Positions 35,626 through 40,455 of a stretch of DNA of 40,455 bases are shown here, piece by piece. The DNA comes from Spirochaetaceae bacterium (GTDB taxonomy: Bacteria; Spirochaetota; Spirochaetia; DSM-27196; SLAA01). Where the stretch lies: contig PUOW01000218.1 of NCBI GenBank assembly GCA_003552185.1, forward strand, positions 1 through 40,455, given 5' to 3'. Numbering within the stretch: the first letter of the stretch is position 1; every line of letters starts with the position of its first letter. The position numbers were made by a program, and so were the translations under genes. The notes under the pieces were generated by a model. It did not search any database, was not told where the DNA came from, and saw only the letters and a list, made by a program, of their open reading frames with translations.

Positions 35626-36906
35626 CTAGCTACGGTAATCGGCATTCTCGCGGACGTAGTCATACGATAGGTCGGAGCCCAGCACCTCGGCGTGGAACGC
35701 TCCCACTCCGCACGAAACCGTGATCTCTACGCGCCGATCGTGCTCGGGGTACCCCAGCGCCTGAGTGCTCTGCGCGTTGCGCTCTAGATACTCCGACAAG
35801 CGGCGTTCCTTCGCGGCGTCTAATCTAAACCGGCCCCCGGCCAGAACTTGCTCGCCGGCGATAAACACCGAGAGGCGGCCCGGGTCGAGCTCGATATCAT
35901 GGCTGCCGGCGCAATCGCCGAGCGCGGCGACGATCCGCCCTACATTCGGGTCGTTTCCATAGATCGCGGCCTTTACCAAAGGAGAGTTTATCACGCTCTT
36001 CCCCAGAATCACCGCCTCAGATTCGTCACGCGCCTGTTCTACCGAGACACGGATCACATGGCCGGTGCCCTCACCGTTTCGAACGATATCCTCCGCCAGC
36101 CCCTGCCCAAGCTCAATCATCGCGGCTCGTAGCTCGCTTTCGGAAGGCGCCGCGTGGCGCCCCGACGCCATCATCAGCGCCATATCGCTGGTGCTTTGGT
36201 CTCCATCCACCGAGATGCGGTTGAAGCTCAGATCGCAGGTTTCCTCCAACAGCGCCTGAAGCGTGGAGCGCGGAATCGCGAGGTCGGTGAAAAAGAACGC
36301 GAGCATCGTCGCCATGTTGGGCTCAATCATCCCGGCACCCTTGGCAATCGCCACGATACGTCCGTCGCCTAGCTCAACCGAGCGTAGCTTCGCAAAGGCG
36401 TCGGTCGTCATGATCGCCTCAGCCACCGGCAGCAACGAGCCTTGTTGGAGGCGCTCGCACAGCGCCGGAACGGCTTCGGTCATCTCGCGTACCGGCAAGG
36501 ACCACCCGATCACGCCGGTGGAGGCCGGCAGCACGGACTCCGGCGCGATTCCGAGATGCCGGGCGAGCGCCGCGAGAACCGCTTCGGCATCTGCAGTGCC
36601 GTTCGGCGCGCCCACGTTCGCCACCTTGTTGTTCATGAGCAACGCCTGCACGCGACTGCCCCGCAGGCGCTCGCGAGCGATCACCACCGGTGCACCGGGG
36701 AAACGGTTGCGAGTGAACACACCGGCGTGCGAGCTGAGCGGTTCGTCGGCCACAACGGTGGCGAGGCGCATCGACATAGCGTCCTCGGGCCGCATCTCCG
36801 GCGCGATAAACTCGAGTTCCGTCACGGCAGACCGAAACCCGGCGGGCAAAGCCGCGCGGCGCTCGAGCGACTCGAGGTATTCCCTCTTGTTGCTGAACTG
36901 AGCCAT
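35626..36906 (-). CDS. argJ: Ornithine acetyltransferase / N-acetylglutamate synthase ArgJ
   Basis: GVFTRN, ASTGVIG, AIMTTD, KGAGMIEPNMATML (autocleavage Thr), VDGDQSTSD, NGEG, SPLVK.A.YGNDPN.GR, YVRENADYRS. Confidence 0.96.
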   Translation of the reverse strand: MAQFSNKREYLESLERRAALPAGFRSAVTELEFIAPEMRPEDAMSMRLATVVADEPLSSHAGVFTRNRFPGAPVVIARERLRGSRVQALLMNNKVANVGAPNGTADAEAVLAALARHLGIAPESVLPASTGVIGWSLPVREMTEAVPALCERLQQGSLLPVAEAIMTTDAFAKLRSVELGDGRIVAIAKGAGMIEPNMATMLAFFFTDLAIPRSTLQALLEETCDLSFNRISVDGDQSTSDMALMMASGRHAAPSESELRAAMIELGQGLAEDIVRNGEGTGHVIRVSVEQARDESEAVILGKSVINSPLVKAAIYGNDPNVGRIVAALGDCAGSHDIELDPGRLSVFIAGEQVLAGGRFRLDAAKERRLSEYLERNAQSTQALGYPEHDRRVEITVSCGVGAFHAEVLGSDLSYDYVRENADYRS

Positions 36907-36954
36907 TAGGGTAGTTATAGTACGTCCTTGGTGTGATGACAACCACGGCCTCGT

Positions 36955-37112
36955 GGCGCGCTGGGCGGCGAGCTGCGCGGCGAGCTGCGCGGCGAGCTGC
37001 GGGGCGCGCTGGGCGGCGGGATTGCGGCAGGCGAGCTGCGGGGCGCGCTGGGCGGCGGGATTGCGGCAGGCGAGCTGCGGGGCGCGCTGGGCGGCGGGAT
37101 TGCGGCAGGCGA
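36955..37112. repeat. Compound tandem repeat: 12-bp GGCGAGCTGCGC x2, then a 39-bp unit x3
   Basis: GGCGAGCTGCGGGGCGCGCTGGGCGGCGGGATTGCGGCA at 36991-37029, 37030-37068 and 37069-37107; no spacers. Confidence 0.93.
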
Positions 37113-37167
37113 AGAGCCGGCGGCCGGAGAACTACCCGCCCCTGCAGGTTTCATGCGCCGCCGCGGC

Positions 37168-39051
37168 TCAGCGGGCGAGGACGCGCTCTAGACGCTCGAT
37201 TAAGGCGGTGTGTCGGCGACTCGGCGGCGGTAGGCTCAACAGCTGCGGCTGTGGAGAACCGAGCACGGCCGAGACGTCGCGGTCCGGCTCGGGCTGAATC
37301 TGTCGCAGAATGTTCGGATCGGCGTCGAACTCCTCGGTTAGGACCCGTATATCGTCTTCGCGCAGCGGGACCTGGTGGAACAGCACCAGGTAGCGCGCCA
37401 TCCGGTGCACCGCGTCGGCCTTCGAGTCTTTGATCTCGCGCACCGAGGCTCGAGCCCAGTCTATGCGGTACTCGGTCGCAAGGTTAAGGTCGACCGAGGC
37501 GAGATCCGGTGCCGGCGAGTTCTCGATCGCGTCCTGCACATGCGCGCGATTGAGATGCAGATACCGATCGAGCTCGAGCGCTATCTCCACCCCGAGCTGT
37601 TTACAGGCTCGGGCCAACCGCTGCGCGATCTGCTCGGGAGCCGCGGTAATCGTGACCGCCCGCAATCGTCGAACATACAACCGAAAGGCTTGCTCGAGAT
37701 TCAACGCAACCGCGTGACGCTCGCTCGGCTCGAGCTGAATGGAGCGCGGAACGATGCGAATCCCGCTGCCGATGCTGCCCGGGCGCAGGATCTTGAGCGT
37801 GAACTCGCTCCGATTGCGCGAGAGCGAACGACTGTAGCGCCGCTCGGCCGACTGCAGATACGCGTAGTTGCGCTCAACTTGCTGATTAGCCCGATACATC
37901 TGACGATACAGCCGCACCACCGATCGGAACTGCTCGAGCAGCCGAAGGGTCTCGACGCGGTCCTCGGCGGAAGCGGCATGCTGCGTGAGGCGCCGGGTGA
38001 GTTCGGTGTAGAGGCTCTCGATCGCTCGGTAGACGTTGTCGGCGATATCGGCAATTGAGGTCAGCGAGGGAATCGTCGCGGCGACGCGTTGCACCTCGGC
38101 CGAGTCGTTGAGGGTTTCGGCGAGCAAACGCAGGCGGCTGTTTCGCATGAAGACCGCACGGCGATACTCATAGCGGGCGCGGTCTACCTGTACCGCTGTG
38201 TCACGAAACAGCGTGGAACCCGAGTAGTGCAAGCGAAACAGCGGTATCTCGCGCCCCACGAGCATCTCGAACAGGAGCGTCAGCATCTCCTCGACATCGC
38301 CGTACCCCATGTAGGTGTAGTCGTCGTTCTCGCCGGCGAACAGGGTACGCTCAATGAAGCCTTCCACCCGCGCGCGTCCCTCGGCCTTGGTAGGCGCGCC
38401 GCCGCGAAAGCGCTCGGCCATCAGGTCCGCGACGCGCGGAGAGTTCTGCTCGAGCATGTGAAGCGCCTGCTCGAGCTCATCCTCAACCGAGTGTTGCATG
38501 TCCGAGATGCGTACCTGCAGCCCGGTGCGTCGCAGCACCTCGATCGCCCGCACCGTCTGCGCGAGACGCGTGCTGTGCGTGAGATCGTACACCGCGAGCT
38601 GCACCGCCTCTATCGGGGCGTCGGGGCTCTCGAGTAGATAATGCGCCGAGAGCACGGTTCGGTTCGTTTCGTCGTAGGTCTCGAGCAGGCGGTTTCGCAT
38701 CTGCACCACGAGGTCGGGCACCTGCCTGAGCACCTCTCGCAGCGCCTCCTCGGCCGTCTCGACACCATGGCCGCGTACGACGTGGTACCCGATGCGCAAC
38801 GCGATCGCCAAAAAACCGGCGATCACGGTGTAGATCGCGAAGTAGATGATCAGGTTCGGCGGAGGCGCCTGCCCGTAGCTAATATAGTATCCGCCGGTGA
38901 GCGCAAAGTACGTGACCGGCCCGGCGGTCCAGGCCAGCCCCAGAACGGTGCGCCCCCATGACTCTTTGCGAATCGCCTGCCTAACGCGCTTCGAAAGATC
39001 GCGACTCCTCGAACGGAGCCCGTCTTCTTCGCGATCATAGCTGCGTTCCAA
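37168..39051 (-). CDS. Hypothetical membrane protein, 627 aa (N-terminal TM segments, large helical domain)
   Basis: Long ORF, TTG start after GGAGG; hydrophobic [20 protein letters not shown] and [23 protein letters not shown]; no catalytic motif recognised. Confidence 0.85.
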   Translation of the reverse strand: MERSYDREEDGLRSRSRDLSKRVRQAIRKESWGRTVLGLAWTAGPVTYFALTGGYYISYGQAPPPNLIIYFAIYTVIAGFLAIALRIGYHVVRGHGVETAEEALREVLRQVPDLVVQMRNRLLETYDETNRTVLSAHYLLESPDAPIEAVQLAVYDLTHSTRLAQTVRAIEVLRRTGLQVRISDMQHSVEDELEQALHMLEQNSPRVADLMAERFRGGAPTKAEGRARVEGFIERTLFAGENDDYTYMGYGDVEEMLTLLFEMLVGREIPLFRLHYSGSTLFRDTAVQVDRARYEYRRAVFMRNSRLRLLAETLNDSAEVQRVAATIPSLTSIADIADNVYRAIESLYTELTRRLTQHAASAEDRVETLRLLEQFRSVVRLYRQMYRANQQVERNYAYLQSAERRYSRSLSRNRSEFTLKILRPGSIGSGIRIVPRSIQLEPSERHAVALNLEQAFRLYVRRLRAVTITAAPEQIAQRLARACKQLGVEIALELDRYLHLNRAHVQDAIENSPAPDLASVDLNLATEYRIDWARASVREIKDSKADAVHRMARYLVLFHQVPLREDDIRVLTEEFDADPNILRQIQPEPDRDVSAVLGSPQPQLLSLPPPSRRHTALIERLERVLAR

Positions 39052-39153
39052 TCCGCAGGGGCCTCCATCGGTAGTGATTGCGTGCAGTATATTCAGCCTG
39101 CGCCGGCCGAGGCAAGCGGCCGGCGCACCGCGAGCCGAACTCGCACGCTTCGC

Positions 39154-40437
39154 TCAAGCCTTCGAGAGCGATCGCTCGAGATCGGCGATGATATCGTCGA
39201 TATGCTCGATCCCGATCGAGAGGCGGACCAGGCCCGGGTCGACATCGGCCTGACGTTGCTGTTCCTCGCTGAGTTGCGAATGCGTGGTACTAGCGGGGTG
39301 AATAGCGAGACTCTTTGCATCTCCCACGTTCGCGACATGCGAGAACAGCTCAAGGTTGTTGATGAAGCGTTCGCCGGCGGCGCGGCCACCGGTGATCCCG
39401 AACACAACCATACCACCGTATCCGTTGCGCAGATATCGAGCGGCGTTGGCGTGCGCGGGGTGATCGCTGCGCCCCGGATAGCGAACCCACTCGACCTTGG
39501 GGTGCTTCGCGAGGTAGTCCGCAACCGCGGTCGCGTTCTCGCAGTGCCGTTCCATCCGCAGCGGAAGCGTCTCGATGCCCTGGAGAAACATCCAGGCGTT
39601 ATCCGGCGAGATCGCGGCGCCGAGGTTGCGAAGCGGCACCAGCCTCATCCGCAGGATATACGCCAGCGGCTGCAGCTCACCGAGGTCGTGAGCGAAGCGT
39701 ATACCGTGGTAGCTATCCTCGGGCTCGTTCATCAGCGCAAACTTCGGATCGGTCCAGTCGAACCGCCCCGAGTCTACCACGATCCCCCCGATCCCGGTTC
39801 CGTGGCCGCCGAGCCACTTCGTGAGCGAGTACACCGTGATATCGACGCCGTGATCCAGGGGGCGAAACAGCGCCGGCGTCGTGAAGGTTGCATCGGCGAT
39901 CAGCGGCAGGTTCCGGCGATGCGCGATCTCGGCTATGGCTTCGAAATCCGGAACCGATAGTCCCGGGTTCCCGATCGTCTCGATATAAACCGCCCGGGTC
40001 TTCTCGGTAATGGCGGACTCGATTTGGTTGAGATCGAGAGGGTCGACGAACCGCGCGGTAATCCCGAACTGAGGCAGGATATTGTTGAACATGGTGTAGG
40101 TTCCGCCGTATAGGTGGCTCCCGGAAACGATCTCGTCACCCGCGCGGCAGATATTGATAATTGCGTAATACACCGCCGAGGTTCCCGAAGCCAGCGCGAG
40201 CGCGCCGGCACCGCCCTCCATTGCGGCGACACGCTCCTCGAGCACTGCTTGAGTGGGATTCATGATGCGCGTATAGATATAACCCAACTCTTTTAGCGAA
40301 AAGAGGTTAGCCGCGTGCTCAGCATCCCGGAAGTTATACGCGGTGGTACGATGTACCGGAACCGCACGACTCGGGTCGTGTTGATCGGCGGTTTGGCCGG
40401 CGTGGAGCGCCAGCGTGTTAAGCTTGTAGTCTTTCAT
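39154..40437 (-). CDS. metY: O-acetylhomoserine aminocarboxypropyltransferase / cysteine synthase (PLP)
   Basis: TLALHAGQ, YTRIMNPT, LYGGT, SLTKWLGGHG (PLP Lys), ETLPLRMERH, ANVGDAKSL.IHPASTTH, RLSIGIE; AGGAGG RBS. Confidence 0.96.
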   Translation of the reverse strand: MKDYKLNTLALHAGQTADQHDPSRAVPVHRTTAYNFRDAEHAANLFSLKELGYIYTRIMNPTQAVLEERVAAMEGGAGALALASGTSAVYYAIINICRAGDEIVSGSHLYGGTYTMFNNILPQFGITARFVDPLDLNQIESAITEKTRAVYIETIGNPGLSVPDFEAIAEIAHRRNLPLIADATFTTPALFRPLDHGVDITVYSLTKWLGGHGTGIGGIVVDSGRFDWTDPKFALMNEPEDSYHGIRFAHDLGELQPLAYILRMRLVPLRNLGAAISPDNAWMFLQGIETLPLRMERHCENATAVADYLAKHPKVEWVRYPGRSDHPAHANAARYLRNGYGGMVVFGITGGRAAGERFINNLELFSHVANVGDAKSLAIHPASTTHSQLSEEQQRQADVDPGLVRLSIGIEHIDDIIADLERSLSKA

Positions 40438-40455
40438 AATGTTCCTCCTGCCCCG

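Noticed and set aside
36955-37112. 39-bp repeats as a CRISPR array
   Set aside because: Units are directly adjacent with no unique spacers, and there are no cas genes.
40438-40455. SAM riboswitch or T-box upstream of metY
   Set aside because: Only 18 nt of upstream sequence are in the window, so it cannot be assessed.

Overview
A GC-rich (roughly 60-65% by eye) bacterial chromosomal segment, probably from a free-living Spirochaetia. The evidence is a stand-alone rpsD, a moxR-DUF58-batABCD/E cluster next to infA, a solute-binding protein with an 'FAxG..E' signal-peptide end, and osmoprotectant uptake genes. It holds about 43 protein genes, mostly housekeeping or stress functions. In order: 3' end of mtaB, an A-type Fe-S carrier, sua5/tsaC, Rieske ferredoxin, sufT-C-B-D, two NAD(P)H:quinone oxidoreductases, sixA, a UbiB-family kinase, an LMW-PTP/fructosamine-kinase pair, orphan cheY, a CopZ-like protein, a pseudo-receiver/anti-sigma-kinase/cNMP fusion, two aldo-keto reductases, rpsD, a DEAD-box helicase, pgmB, trxB, osmF-yehYXW, DUF368, infA, smr, the bat cluster, argJ, a 627-aa unknown membrane protein and metY. 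I found no rRNA, tRNA, CRISPR array, transposase or prophage. The most notable unexplained signals are: (i) a shared 15-bp AT-rich motif in both Fe-S promoters of a locus that also holds two ms2t6A tRNA-modification enzymes; (ii) a 54-aa gene missing from the ORF track, with promoter, RBS and a C-terminal GxNVDxxA motif; (iii) three tandem 13-bp palindromes in front of the cNMP/anti-sigma-kinase gene; (iv) several apparently leaderless genes; (v) many short tandem duplications. All calls are by-eye motif recognition; no searches were run.
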